64,000 bases of DNA from NCBI GenBank assembly GCA_964016885.1, contig OZ024747.1:5456001-5520000 (forward strand), read 5' to 3'. The stretch is from Eledone cirrhosa (lineage: Eukaryota). This document shows, piece by piece, positions 41,957-56,245 of the stretch. Below the pieces are notes generated by a model. The model was given only the letters and a program-made list of their open reading frames with translations, ran no database searches and was not told where the DNA came from. Each line of letters opens with the position of its first letter. The first letter of the stretch is position 1. Made by a program: the position numbers and the translations under genes.

Positions 41957-44345
41957 TTGGTGTTGTTTGGTATGGTGTGGTATGCTGTACAGTATGGTAC
42001 AGTATGGTGTGGTATGGTATGGTATGCTGTACAGTATGGTACAGTATGGTACAGTATGGTGTGGTATGGTATGGTATGCTGTACAGTATGGTACAGTATG
42101 GTGTGGTATGGTATGGTACGGTATGGTATGCTGTACAGTATGGTGTGGTATGTTATAGTACAGTATGGTACAATATGGTATAGTGTGGTATGGTATGGTA
42201 CGGTATGGTATGCTGTACAGGTATGGTACAGTATGGTATGGTATGTACGGTATGGTATGGTGTGGTATGGTACGGTATGTACGGTATGGTATGCTGTACA
42301 GTATGGTATGGTGTGGTATGTTATGGTATGTACGGTATGGTATGCTGTACAGTATGGTACGGTGTGGTGTGGTATGGTATGGTACGGTATGGTATGCTGT
42401 ACAGTATGGTATGGTGTGGTATGGTATGGTACGGTATGGTATGCTGTACAGGTATGGTACAGTATGGTATGGTATGTACGGTATGGTATGCTGTACAGTA
42501 TGGTGTGGTATGGTACGGTATGTACGGTATGGTATGCTGTACAATATGGTATGGTGTGGTATGGTACGGTATGTACGGTATGGTATGCTGTACAGTATGG
42601 TATGGTGTCGTATGTTATCGTATGTACGGTATGGTATGCTGTACAGTATGGTACGGTGTGGTGTGGTATGGTATGGTACGGTATGGTATGCTGTACAGTA
42701 TGATATAGTATGGTATGGTGTGGTATGTACAGTATGGTATGCTGTACAGTATGGTATGTACGGTATGGAATGCTGTACAGTATGGTGTGGTATGGTATGT
42801 ACGGTATGGTATGCTGTACAGTATGGTACAGTATGGTGTGGTATGGTATGTATGGTATGGTATGCTGTACAGTATGGTACAGTATGGTGTGGTATGGTAT
42901 GTATGGTATGGTATGCTGTACAGTATGGTACAGTATGGTGTGGTATGGTATGGTACGGTATGGTATGCTGTACAGTATGGTGTGGTATGGTATGGTACGG
43001 TATGGTATGCTGTACAGTATGGTACAGTATGGTGTGGTATGGTATGTACGGTATGGTATGCTGTACAGTATGGTGTGGTATGGTATGTATGGTATGGTAT
43101 GCTGTACAGTATGGTACAGTATGGTGTGGTATGGTATGTATGGTATGGTATGCTGTACAGTATGGTACAGTATGGTGTGGTATGGTATGTACGGTATGGT
43201 ATGCTGTACAGTATGGTGTGGTATGGTATGGTACGGTATGGTATGCTGTACAGTATGGTACAGTATGGTGTGGTATGGTATGTATGGTATGGTATGCTGT
43301 ACAGTATGGTACAGTATGGTGTGGTATGGTATGTTATAGTACAGTATGGTACAATATGGTATGGTGTGGTATGGTATGGTACGGTATGGTATGCTGTACA
43401 GTATGGTACAGTATGGTGTGGTATGGTATGTATGGTATGGTATGCTGTACAGTATGGTATGGTGTGGTATGTATGGTATGGTATGGTATGCTGTACAGTA
43501 TGGTACAGTATGGTGTGGTATGTATGGTACGGTATGGTATGCTGTACAGTATGGTACAGTATGGTGTGGTATGGTATGTACGGTATGGTATGCTGTACAG
43601 TATGGTACAGTATGGTGTGGTATGGTATGTATGGTATGGTATGCTGTACAGTATGGTACAGTATGGTGTGGTATGGTATGGTACGGTATGGTATGCTGTA
43701 CAGTATGGTGTGGTATGGTGTGGTATGGTATGGTACGGTATGGTATGCTGTACAGTATGGTGTGGTATGGTATGTATGGTATGGTATGCTGTACAGTATG
43801 GTACAGTATGGTGTGGTATGGTATGGTACGGTATGGTATGCTGTACAGTATGGTGTGGTATGGTATGGTACGGTATGGTATGCTGTACAGTATGGTACAG
43901 TATGGTGTGGTATGGTATGTATGGTATGGTATGCTGTACAGTATGGTACAGTATGGTATGGTGTGGTATGTTAAAGTACAGTATGGTACAATATGGTATG
44001 GTGTGGTATGGTATGGTACGGTATGGTATGCTGTACAGTATGGTACAGTATGGTGGGGTATGGTATGTACGGTATGGTATGCTGTACAGTATGGTACAGT
44101 ATGGTACAGTATGGTGTGGTATGGTATGTACGGTATGGTATGCTGTACAATATGGTACAGTATGGTACAGTATGGTGTGGTATGGTATGTACGGTATGGT
44201 ATGCTGTACAGTATGGTACAGTATGGTGTGGTATGGTATGTACGGTATGGTATGCTGTACAGTATGGTACAGTATGGTGTGGTATGGTATGTACGGTATG
44301 GTATGCTGTACAGTATGGTACAGTATGGTATGGTGTGGTATGCTC
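41957..44345. repeat. About 2.4-kb satellite built on (TATGG)n with a recurrent ATGCTGTACAGT module
   Basis: Directly visible. Confidence 0.95.
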
Positions 44346-45221
44346 TAAAATTTCTATATTCCTTCAAACCAAATTAACAAGTGTTTCAAGTAAAGGAATT
44401 TCGGTAATTCTCCAGAAATCACTAATTATTTCTAATTAACATTTAATCTTTTTATTTTTTCCCTTATTTTTCTTTCATTTTGGTTCCTTTGGTCTTTTGT
44501 TTTTGTTTTTGTTTGGGTTTTGGTTTGTTTTGTAATTTTACTGACTTCCGTTCGTTTGTTTGACTTGTCGTAAGTTACCGTCCCCTTCCCCCACCTCCAC
44601 ACCCCCACCGCCACCACCAGTGACTTATAGGCGGTCTTGTTTAGAAGACCGACCACCTCTCATTCACCCCACCACCACCATCGCCACAACAGCACCGCCC
44701 CCACTACCACCTGTTACACCGTAACGACCTCTCACTGCCACCACCATCATCACTACCACGACCTCCATAACGAGCTCTCACCACAACTAACCACCACACC
44801 AGCACCGCCACCACTACCACCTGTACCACCATAACGACATCTCACCACCACTATCACAACACCAGTGTCGCCAGCGCCACCACCATCACCACCACAACAA
44901 CGACCTCTCAGCCTCATCGCCACCACCATAACGACCTCTCACACACACCCCAGCATCACCACCACCACCTCTCACCACCACTACCACCACACCAGCGCCC
45001 CCAGCACCGTCACCACCACCACTACCACCACACCAGTACCGCTATCACCCCCCACCACCACCACCACCACAACAACGACCTCTCGCCCCACCACCGTAAC
45101 CACAGATTAACTAACACAACTGATTTTTTATGCTTTCTTTTCTTTTTTCTTTTCCTTTCTTTCTTTTTCTTTTTGTTAGTGTTTGTTACATTTTTATTTT
45201 ATTTTCCAACTACATTGAGGT

Positions 45222-46840
45222 CTAGGGTGGCGGGTAGCCAGGGTGGGGGTATGGCTTAGTAGTGGAGGGTGGCGGGTAGCCAGGGTGGGTGTATGGCTTA
45301 ATAGTGGTGGGTTAGGGTAGCCAGGGTGGGTGTATGGCTTAATAGTGGTGGGTTAGGGTAGCCAGGGTGGGGGTATGGCTTAGTAGTGGAGGGTGGCGGG
45401 TAGCCAGGGTGGGTGTATGGCTTAATAGTGGTGGGTTAGGGTAGCCAGGGTGGGTGTATGGCTTAATAGTGGTGGGTTAGGGTAGCCAGGGTGGGGGTAT
45501 GGCTTAGTAGTGGAGGGTGGCGGGTAGCCAGGGTGGGTGTATGGCTTAATAGTGGTGGGTTAGGGTAGCCAGGGTGGGTGTATGGCTTAGTAAGGTGGGT
45601 TAGGGTAGCCAGGGTGGGTGTATGGCTTAGTAGTGGTGGGTTAGGGTAGCCAGGGTGGGTGTATGGCTTAGTAAGGTGGGTTAGGGTAGCCAGGGTGGGT
45701 GTATGGCTTAGTAGTGGTGGGTTAGGGTAGCCAGGGTGGGTGTATGGCTTAGTAAGGTGGGTTAGGGTAGCCAGGGTGGGGGTATGGCTTAGTAGTGGTG
45801 GGTTAGGGTAGCCAGGGTGGGTGTATGGCTTAGTAAGGTGGGTTAGGGTAGCCAGGGTGGGGGTACGGCTTAGTAGTGGTGGGTTAGGGTAGCCAGGGTG
45901 GGTGTATGGCTTAGTAAGGTGGGTTAGGGTAGCCAGGGTGGGTGTATGGCTTAGTAAGGTGGGTTAGGGTAGCCAGGGTGGGGGTACGGCTTAGTAGTGG
46001 TGGGTTAGGGTAGCCAGGGTGGGTGTATGGCTTAGTAAGGTGGGTTAGGGTAGCCAGGGTGGGGGTACGGCTTAGTAGTGGTGGGTTAGGGTAGCCAGGG
46101 TGGGTGTATGGCTTAGTAGTGGTGGGTTAGGGTAGCCAGGGTGGGGGTATGGCTTAGTAGTGGTGGGTTAGGGTAGCCAGGGTGGGTGTATGGCTTAGTA
46201 GTGGTGGGTTAGGGTAGCCAGGGTGGGGGTATGGCTTAGTAGTGGTGGGTTAGGGTAGCCAGGGTGGGTGTATGACTTAATAGTGGTGGGTTAGGGTAGC
46301 CAGGGTGGGGGTATGGCTTAGTAAGGTGGGTTAGGGTAGCCAGGGTGGGGGTATGGCTTAGTAGTGGTGGGTTAGGGTAGCCAGGGTGGGTGTATGACTT
46401 AGTAGTGGTGGGTTAGGGTAGCCAGGGTGGGTGTATGACTTAGTAGTGGTGGGTTAGGGTAGAGCCAGGGTGGGTGTATGACTTAGTAGTGGTGGGTTAG
46501 GGTAGCCAGGGTGGGTGTATGACTTAGTAGTGGTGGGTTAGGGTAGCCAGGGTGGGTGTATGACTTAGTAGTGGTGGGTTAGGGTAGCCAGGGTGGGTGT
46601 ATGACTTAGTAGTGGTGGGTTAGGGTAGCCAGGGTGGGTGTATGACTTAGTAGTGGTGGGTTAGGGTAGCCAGGGTGGGTGTATGGCTTAGTAGTGGTGG
46701 GTTAGGGTAGCCAGGGTGGGGGTATGGCTTAGTAGTGGTGGGTTAGGGTAGCCAGGGTGGGTGTATGACTTAGTAGTGGTGGGTTAGGGTAGCCAGGGTG
46801 GGTGTATGGCTTAGTAGTGGTGGGTTAGGGTAGAGCCAGG
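45222..46840 (+). repeat. 40-41-bp G-rich minisatellite containing TTAGGG, about 39 units
   Basis: Unit GGGTTAGGGTAGCCAGGGTGGGTGTATGGCTTAGTAGTGGT. Confidence 0.95.
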
Positions 46841-47177
46841 TGGAGGGGGCTCGAGGTGAAGGGTGAAAGTATTGATTGGACGGTGGAATTTAGCGGTTTA
46901 GAGGGGAGATTGGTGCAGGGTAAAGGGGTCAGTAGAGTTTATGGCGACAGGCTGTAAGAAAGGGGGCTCTGATAGAGAATGGAATGGACCTGGCGGTGGT
47001 GGTGGTGTGTGGTGGTGTGGTGGTGATGGTGGTGGTGTGGTGGTGTGTGGTGGTGTGGTGGTGGTGGGAGGCTTGTCGTGGTGAGTGGTGGTGGTGAGTA
47101 GAGTAACGCTTTTGTTGATAGTGTAGGTGGTGGTGATGGTTGGGTGGGGGTGAGTGGGGTAATGTTGTAGATAGTGA

Positions 47178-47545
47178 CGGTGGTAGTGGTGGTAGTGGTA
47201 GTGGTAGTGGTGGTAGTGGTGGTAGTGGTAGTGGTGGTAGTGGTAGTGGTGGTAGTGGTGGTAGTGGTAGTGGTAGTGGTGGTAGTGGTGGTAGTGGTAG
47301 TGGTGGTAGTGGTAGTGGTGGTAGTGGTGGTAGTGGTAGTGGTGGTAGTGGTAGTGGTGGTAGTGGTAGTGGTGGTGGTGGTAGTGGTGGTAGTGGTTGT
47401 AGTGGTAGTGGTGGTAGTGGTAATGGTAGTGGTGGTAGTGGTAGTGGTGGTGGTGGTAGTGGTAGTGGTTGTAGTGGTAGTGGTGGTAGTGGTAGTGGTA
47501 GTGGTAGTGGTGGTGGTGGTAGTGGTGGTAGTGGTAGTGGTATTG
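47178..47545. repeat. (GGT/AGT)n triplet array
   Basis: Directly visible. Confidence 0.9.
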
Positions 47546-49283
47546 GTGAGGAATAACAGTGTTGTTTAAAGTAGTGGTAGTTGTGTTGAGAAGGTTGTAT
47601 CGTAGTCTTGGTGGTGGCGGAGGTGGGGTAACGTTGTTGTTGGTAGTCTTGGTGGAGGTGAAAGTTTTGATGGTAATGATTGTTTGTTGATATTGTAGTG
47701 ATAGTAACAGTAGGGGGGGGGGTATAGTAGACCACCCACTTCCAGCTCAATTTGCTACTCCTCTAGTCCAAGAACCAGACTTAAACTCTTCAGCTTCTTT
47801 ATCAAATCCTTGTTGGCTTATCTATTTATTACTTTGTGCTTTTGGTACCCTGTTTCTTTTTTCGAGATCTTTTGTCTTTTTCTGTATCCATTCATGATCT
47901 TGCCAGCTCAGAACTTCTCCACCCTCGCCACAAAACATTGGCTTATATTGGTGAGAGGATATGGCAAACCATGGGTGTCTTGTCACTAGTTTCTATGACC
48001 GGAGACGAGGTGACTTCCTCCAATATTTTCAAAGATATCACTGACTGTTTATGCTCTGGAAACTGGGACCAGCCCTACATGTCGTCTCATTTGCTCTCCT
48101 CCCCTATTTTCTTTTTGCTTTTCTTACTTCTCTACCTCTGCAAATCAAAACATCGTCATGCGATATTTGTTACAGCAGGTTTCGGGGTCTGTTTCACTAT
48201 TTCAGCTTGTGTATGAGACGAGTTTCCAGTTTTAAAACCACGCAGGAAGCCCTGTAGGTCACTCTTAACACACTAAACCAAGAGTATTTCTGTCGATATA
48301 TAGTAGAGAGTTTATTCCAGAAGGCCACTGAAAGCTCGCACCGCTTTTTTTCTCTTTTTTATTTTAAAGAATACGAAGATAGATGTCTATATTATTGCTG
48401 TAATGTATAGTTTAACCTAACTGCCAGACCCCTCCTTTCTGATTCAGGCATATGGCCAACTTTAGGGAGAGAATAAAGTTGATAATATCGACCTTAGTAC
48501 TTTAGTGTAAGAGAGAGTGCGTGATGCCTGTGAACCACAGAAAGACATAACACAGAGGGAGATTAAGAGAAGAATTGAGCAGATATCTGGGAAGGAGAGA
48601 GAGGAACTTATATTCTTAGTCAAACACATCCAACAAAGATGCCACACAGACGAATATATAAACAAATACATACACAACCTCCTACGAATACGTATATACA
48701 TTCATACATTCATACATATACACATACATTCATATATATATACATACATATAAACATACATAGGTGGATATTTGCATACATACATACGTAAATAAATACA
48801 TACATACACTTACAAACATACCTACATACTTATATACATACATATATACATATATACATACACCATACACACATACATATGCAGATACATATACAGCTGT
48901 GTTGGGCAAAACATAAAGGTAGGGGGTGAACGGAAGTAGAAAAGGAGTTCAGTAAGTCCTTCTAATGACGAAATTAATTAAAAGAGACATACGACCGAAA
49001 GAGGAATTATAGAAAAGTTGGTGCCCTAATTACGCCCCTGTCTACACACATTGCATCAGAGCACGGGTAAATGTATTAAAGGGTAACATCATTCGCTTCG
49101 TTTACACTGCTAAATGCCCTTGACATAAGTATGAACACCACATAGCCTCAGTTATTTTCGTTACCTTCCTTCACATAATTCTCATATTTATATGTTCGAC
49201 TGTAACACCCCTGATTTAGACATGAACGCCATCGGTGACATTATTAGAGTCCATTCTGTGATGTTGTATTTTTGTTGTTTTTG

Positions 49284-49349
<66 letters not shown>

Positions 49350-49485
49350 GTTGTTAAACAATATTCGATGATTATGTCAAAGAATGAGTTTTACAGTAGA
49401 TTGGAAGCACTCAACGGAAAATAATTTTCAGGAGTTATTAATATTAAAATATAAGTATTAATAAAATAGATGTTCTTTTGATCAA

Positions 49486-49546
49486 TTACATTTTATTATA
49501 CATATTTCGGATGTACAACAGTACGCCCTCATCAGATAAAATATAA
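49486..49546 (-). ncRNA. Type-I hammerhead ribozyme inside the fold-back element at about 49440-49725
   Basis: Minus strand: TTATATTTTAT-CTGATGA-GGGCGTAC(TGTT)GTACATCC-GAAA-TATGTA-TA-ATAAAATGTAA. Stem I is 11 bp, the core is canonical and the triplet is AUA. Confidence 0.8.
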
Positions 49547-49715
49547 TGATACATGACATACCCTGAGATGTTAAATGGTTAAGATTTAATCAAGGTAGTC
49601 ACTAACTTGATTAAATCTTAACCATTTAATCATTATATTTTGTCTGTTGTACATCCGAAATATGTATAATAAAATGTAATTGATCAAAAGAACATCTATT
49701 TTATTAATACTTATA

Positions 49716-49812
<97 letters not shown>

Positions 49813-50229
49813 CAGGGTGGATTCAGTTTGAAACAGGTTAGACCATTACTCAACAGAGTACTCAATACTTGGGGTAGTAGAGTATGGTTATATCATAAAG
49901 AGTTGGGACTCCGACGGCTAAACTCCTGCCACATCAACAGCTAGTTCCCTCTGGAAAGTCTTGTAAAGAACACAGTTTATTACATAATATTAACAGCCAT
50001 AAAACTAATATTAAAGAGAACAAATCTTACAAAGAAATGGTGAAGGTAATGATTAGAGAATTTCTCAAATTAAAAACAAGTTGACTCTTTGAAATCTCAA
50101 CATTTTAGCCTGTTATCCTGAACTTACCTTCCACACCAATAGTTTATCTGTTAAGAATTGCAGACATATACAGATACATAGACCAACACAGACACATACA
50201 TACATACATATACATACATACATATACAT

Positions 50230-50265
<36 letters not shown>

Positions 50266-50545
50266 CCAAAGATTAATATGATTCATTGAATATAGTTTTA
50301 CAATAGATTAAAAGCACTCTACAAAGAAGTTTTCTGGAGTTAGTAATATTATTCAAAATATTAATAAATGAATACGTTCACATAATCAAAATATACATTT
50401 CGGAGGTACTGTGCTGTTTTTTCAGTACATCCTCATCAGATAAAATATATGAATTGATGTATGACATACCTCAACTGTCTTGATGGTTCAATACTGGAAT
50501 TGAACCATCAAGACAGTTGAGGTATGGCATACATCAATTCATATA

Positions 50546-50607
50546 TTTTATCTGATGAGGGCGTACTCAAAAAACAGCACAGTACCTCCGAAATGTATAT
50601 AATAAAA
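50546..50607 (+). ncRNA. Type-I hammerhead ribozyme inside the fold-back element at about 50344-50660
   Basis: TTTTAT-CTGATGA-GGGCGTACT...AGTACCTCC-GAAA-TGTATA-TA-ATAAAA; the mirror arm at 50391-50450 keeps the core but has lost the stem I 3' strand. Confidence 0.78.
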
Positions 50608-51019
50608 CATATATTTTGATTATGTGAACGTATTCATTTATTAATATTTTGAATAATATATATATATAGTATATATATATACTGTATATATCTTAACTAT
50701 AATAAAGAAAGTATATATAACGAATGAACGAAGATTAACATGGATAAGCTATACAACAGGGTTTTATTACTCAAATATATATATATATGTGTGTGTGTGT
50801 ATGTATTTGTGTGCGTGTATGTATGTATGTATGTGTGTATAAGTACATAGATGTATATATATATGTGTGTATGCTAGTGTATGTGTGTACACGCACACAT
50901 ACAAATACACTCATACAAACACACACACAAATACTAACTGTGAAGACAGATTGCTTCTTCTTAAACTCAATCCCTTCATACCTTTTATGTCTGTTCTCAC
51001 CTCTCGGTTTAGAATTCCT

Positions 51020-52930
51020 CGCCACCTCCATCACCACCACCACCTACCACACCAACACCACCACCACCTCCATCACCTCCACCTCCATCACCACCACCAT
51101 ACCGCCATCCCCACCACCACCTACCACACCAACACCACCACCACCTCCATCACCACCACCACCTACCACACCAACACCACCACCACCTCCATCACCACCA
51201 CCACCTACCACAACAACACCACCACCATCTCCATCACCACCACCTCCACCACCACCACCTACCACACCACCACCACTTCCCTCACCACCACCTCAAGCAC
51301 CAAACTACATGTATTCAACACCACCACCGCCATACCACTACCTCCACCACCATTCGGCATATTCCCAACAACAACAACATCACAACCACCACCACCACCA
51401 CCACCACCATACGGCATCTCACCAACACCACCACCATTACCACCACCACCACCACCATACGGCATCTCACCAATACCACCACCACCACCACCATACGGCA
51501 TCTCACCAACACCACCACCATCACCACCACCACCACCACCATACGGCATCTCACCAACACCACCACCATTACCACCACCACCACCATCATACTGATATCA
51601 CCAATACCATTTACATCATCTCTTACCGCCATAAACAGCACCACCACTACTACCACCACTACCATTACCACCACCACCACTACCATTACCACCACCACCA
51701 CTACCAGTACTACCACTACTACAACTTCTACTACTACTACAACTACCACCACCACTATCACCACTACCACCACCACTACCACCACTACCACTACCACCAC
51801 TAGCACTACCACTATCACAACCACCACCACTACCACCACTACCACCACCACTACTACCACCACCACTACCACCACCACCACTACCACCATCACCACCACC
51901 ACCACCACCACCACTACTACCACCACCACTACCACCACCACCACTTCCACCATCACCACCACCACCACCACCACCACTACCACCACCACCACTACCACCA
52001 CCACTACCACCACCACCACCACCACCACTACCACCACCACCACTACCACCACCACTACTACCACCACCACTACCACCACCACCACTACCACCATCACCAC
52101 CACCACCACCACCACCACTACCACCACCACCACTACCACCACCACTACCACCACCACTACCACCACTATCACTACCAACGTTACACCATTTTACACGACG
52201 ACGTCACACCATGTAATTTTATTTCAAGATAGCCGAAAGGTGACGACGAAACACGAATGTCATCTGTGGTTGAGAGGAGTAGCGGGGTGTGGGTAGAGGT
52301 GTGTGTAGAGGTGTGTTGGTGTGTAGGTAGAGGTGTGTTGGGGTGTGTTGGTGTGTAGGTAGAGGTTTGTGTAGAGGTGTGTGTAGAGATGTGTTGGTGT
52401 GTAGGTAGAGGTGTGTTGGTGTGTAGGTAGAGGTGTGTAGAGGTTTGTGTAGAGGTGTGTGTAGAGATGTGTTGGTGTGTAGGTAGAGGTGTGTTGGTGT
52501 GTAGGTAGAGGTGTGTTGGTGTGTAGGTATAGGTGTGTTGGTGTGTAGATGTGTGGGTATAGGTGTGTTGCTGTGTAGAGGTGTGTTGGTGTGTAGATGT
52601 GTAGGTATAGGTGTGTAGATGTAGAGGTGTGTAGATGTGTAGGTAGAGGTGTGTTGGTGTGTAGATGTGTAGGTAGAGGTGTGTTGGTGTGTAGATGTGT
52701 AGGTATAGGTGTGTAGATGTGTATTGGTGTGTAGATGTGTAGGTAGAGGTGTGTTGGTGTGTAGATGTGTAGGTAGAGGTGTGTTGGTGTGTAGATGTGT
52801 AGGTATAGGTGTGTAGATGTGTAGGTGTGTTGGTGTGTAGATGTGTAGGTAGAGGCGTGTTGGTGTGTAGGTGTGTTGGTGTGTAGATGTGTAGGTATAG
52901 GTGTGTTGGTGTGTACATGTGGAGGTATAG
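51020..52930. repeat. (CAC/TAC)n field (51020-52178) followed by a GTGTAGGTAGAGGTGTGTTG-type minisatellite (about 52285-52930)
   Basis: Directly visible. Confidence 0.9.
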
Positions 52931-53354
52931 GTGTGTGTGTGTGTGTTGGTGTTATGTGTGTGTGTGTGACTGTGTCTGTGTGTGTAGGTGTGTGACTGTG
53001 TCTGTGTGTGTAGGTGTGTATATGTGACTGTCTGTGTGTGTAGGTGTGTGTGTGTGTGACTGTATCTGTGTGTGTAGGTGTGTGTATGTGACTATGTCTG
53101 TGTGTGTTTGATTCTGAGGTGAACTAGAGTGAGAAAAGGAAGGGGTGGGGGGAGAAAATGGGAGAGATGGAAATAGAGAGAGAAAGAAAGAGAGAGAGGT
53201 AGAGAGAGAGGTAGAGAGAGAGATAGAGAGGTAAAGGTGTCAGACTGTGGGTGGTGGTGTGAGGTGAAGATTTTGTAGGAAAATGTCATCTGTTCTGTAA
53301 AACAGAATCGATGTTCATATCACTGCCAACGGCAGTCATTGTTCACCTAAACAT

Positions 53355-53777
53355 CTTCCTTCTTCTTCTTCTTCTTCTTGCCGTCGACCTTCTTCTTCTT
53401 CTTCTTCTTCTTCTTCTTCTTCTTCTTCTTCTTCTTCTTCTTCTTCTTCGTCTTCTTCTTCTTCGTCTTCTTCTTCTCTTTCTTCTCCTTCTTCTTCTTC
53501 TTCTTCTTCTCCTTCTTCTTCTTCTTCTTCTTCTTCTTCTTCTTCTTCTTCTTCTTCTTCGTCTTCTCTTTCTTCTCCTTCTTCGTCTTCTCTTTCTTCT
53601 TCTTCTTCTTCTTCTTCTTCTCTTTCTTCTTCTTCTCTTTCTTCTTCTCTTTCTTCTCTTCTTCTTCTTCTCCTCTTTCTTCTTCTTCTTCTTCTTCTTC
53701 TTCTTCTTCTTCTTCTTCTTTTTCTTTTTCTTTTCCTTTTTCTTTTTCTTTTTCTTTTTCTTCTTCTTCTTCTTCTT
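53355..53777. repeat. (CTT)n/(GAA)n tract
   Basis: About 420 bp of near-pure polypyrimidine. Confidence 0.95.
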
Positions 53778-54229
53778 GCTGTTGTTTTGTTTTGTACTTT
53801 TTGTTATTGATTCTGTTGTTGTTGTTGTTTATTTGGCTGCTGATGTTGCTGTTTCCCAACCCTAATCGTTTTTACTTCAGCAGTTATTGTTGTTGTTGCT
53901 AATGTTGTCACTGTTGTTGTTGTTGTTACTGCTGTTATATAGTGTTGTTACACAACACCCAAACAATGTCTCCAGCCCTGTAGTATTCGATTCTTTATCA
54001 GCATGCATGTGCGTGTCTGTGCACATGTGTGTGTGACTGCCTGTGCATATGTGAGTGCATGTGCATATGTGTGTGTGTGTATTTGAGTGCCTGTGTGTTC
54101 GAAGGAGGAGGAAATCTTTCTGTGTTACAACATGAGTAAATGCAACTGTGTCAGAGCATGTATATATATATATATGCATCCATCTATAAATATATATGTA
54201 AATATATACATTCATACAAATACACATGA

Positions 54230-54303
<74 letters not shown>

Positions 54304-54489
54304 ATATATATAACGAAGGAAGTGTGGTAAGGAACCAGGTGGACCATAACGCAGCAGAGTACTCAACAGTAGAGTGGGTAATAGGAGAAGAGTCAAGACC
54401 CCGACGGCTGAGCTCCGGCCGTTTCGACAGCTAGATCTGAAACGGCCGGAGCTCAGCCGTCGGGGTCTTGACTCTTTTCCTATTATACT

Positions 54490-54542
<53 letters not shown>

Positions 54543-54902
54543 GCGAATCTATTCCTCTCCAGGTCAGAACACGTCAGATTTCTTCCAGAGATGGAGAAAA
54601 AGATATAGACTAAACTGGTACGATTTTTTTTTATCGACCTTTAAAAGATGAAAGGCAAAGTTCCTTATCAAAAATGTTCCCTCGTTTTCTTGTCACAAAT
54701 TAACTCTGGGAGGATATAAGTAGTAAGATTGGACACAGGAACCCACGACTACGGAAGTTTCTAACTAAGACCGTTACAATTGCATTAGGCTGTCTTTAAA
54801 TTTCCATTGTTCGATGGTTCGTACCAACATCTACAACCAGCAAACCCATTAAAACTTAACGAATAGTTGTCTCTGTAAGCGGAAATTTCTGTTAAAAGAG
54901 AA

Positions 54903-54950
<48 letters not shown>

Positions 54951-55659
54951 TCACACCTACACACATACTTGCACACGCACAAGTACGGTACCCCGATATT
55001 TCTTCGTACGAAGTTCTATAAAAATAACATTTCATATAATAATTGAGCAAACTATTTATTTTATAAAATAATTTTAGCTATAGACCAATTTTTTTTTTTA
55101 AATACAATAACTTTTAACATAACAGAACCGAATTTCTTCCTGAATATCAAATTTAAGAAACGGTAAGTGAAGTAAAGGAATTGTTTATGCAGTTAATTCT
55201 GTCTAGCACATGGAATAAGAGGAAAGTTTGTGATGTGAAGACAGTTTATATAAACAAGAACCCATGTAATAGTAGATATTACATAAATCAAACAGAGATA
55301 TATATTTGTTTTGTAAGATTCTTGATGTGAGATCGTGAGTTGAAACAAATCATGCCAACATCAGCAACATATCCATCCTTAAATATAACACGATAAAAAT
55401 ATAATTCTACAAAATATATTTACACAATGATGAATTTAAAAGTATGTTTTCCAATACTAGTCATGTCTTATCTAATGTTCCTTTAAATACAGAGTGAAGT
55501 AATTTGTACCGGGCTCAGCTGGCTTTGATTGATAGTTCCTGGAAGGGCTCCTTCACTTCGAAACGCTAGCTTAGTTTCGGCCTGCTTGGAGAAATGAGCA
55601 GGGGGGAAGCGCGTGGCTAGGAACCCCACCTTCTTTATACTAACACGCGAACTTTATAC

Positions 55660-55870
55660 TAAACGGCGAACAGACCTTCGAATACACCAACGAGGGCCTC
55701 ATTTGAATGAAAGCCAGATAGAATAAGAAACAAGGCAAATCCGCCAAGACCTGGTTGAAGTGTGTGGAGAAGGACCTGGCAGACAAAAGTCTGGTCTGTG
55801 ACCAGGATCGTCACAAAGCTTACAATGTAGAATGGTGACCTTTCGTCGTCCAAAGTAGCTAAAGAATAAG
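55660..55870 (+). mobile_element. Decayed RTE LINE C-terminal fragment
   Basis: The plus frame reads KKQGKSAKTWLKCVEKDL, resembling the RTE 'GRPxKTWxxxVxxDL' motif, with stops nearby. Confidence 0.5.
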
Positions 55871-56177
55871 TAACTAGAAATACTCCAGACAAGAAAAAGG
55901 CTTTAAGATGTAATGAAGTGTCAAATAAATATAATTTATATGTAACGCCGTTAAAAAATATGAAATTCGTACCAGTAGAGGCTTTGTGAAAGATGTCTGT
56001 CTTTTTTGTTAATTTTTAATTAAATTTTAGAGTAGAAATTCCATTAATTAAATTAATCTTTGAAAAGTCATTTCAATAAAATGTCGAGCCATTATATATA
56101 TATATATATATATATATAGGAAAATGTTCAGGACCCCGATGTTATAGGCCACCTGGTTCCTTACCACACTTCCTTCG

Positions 56178-56245
<68 letters not shown>

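Noticed and set aside
41929-44367. 812-aa ORF (YHTIP repeats)
   Set aside because: It lies entirely within the TATGG satellite, and overlapping frames on both strands are open too.
45222-46840. CRISPR array or true telomere
   Set aside because: Units are contiguous with no unique spacers, no cas genes are present, and TTAGGG is not tandem.
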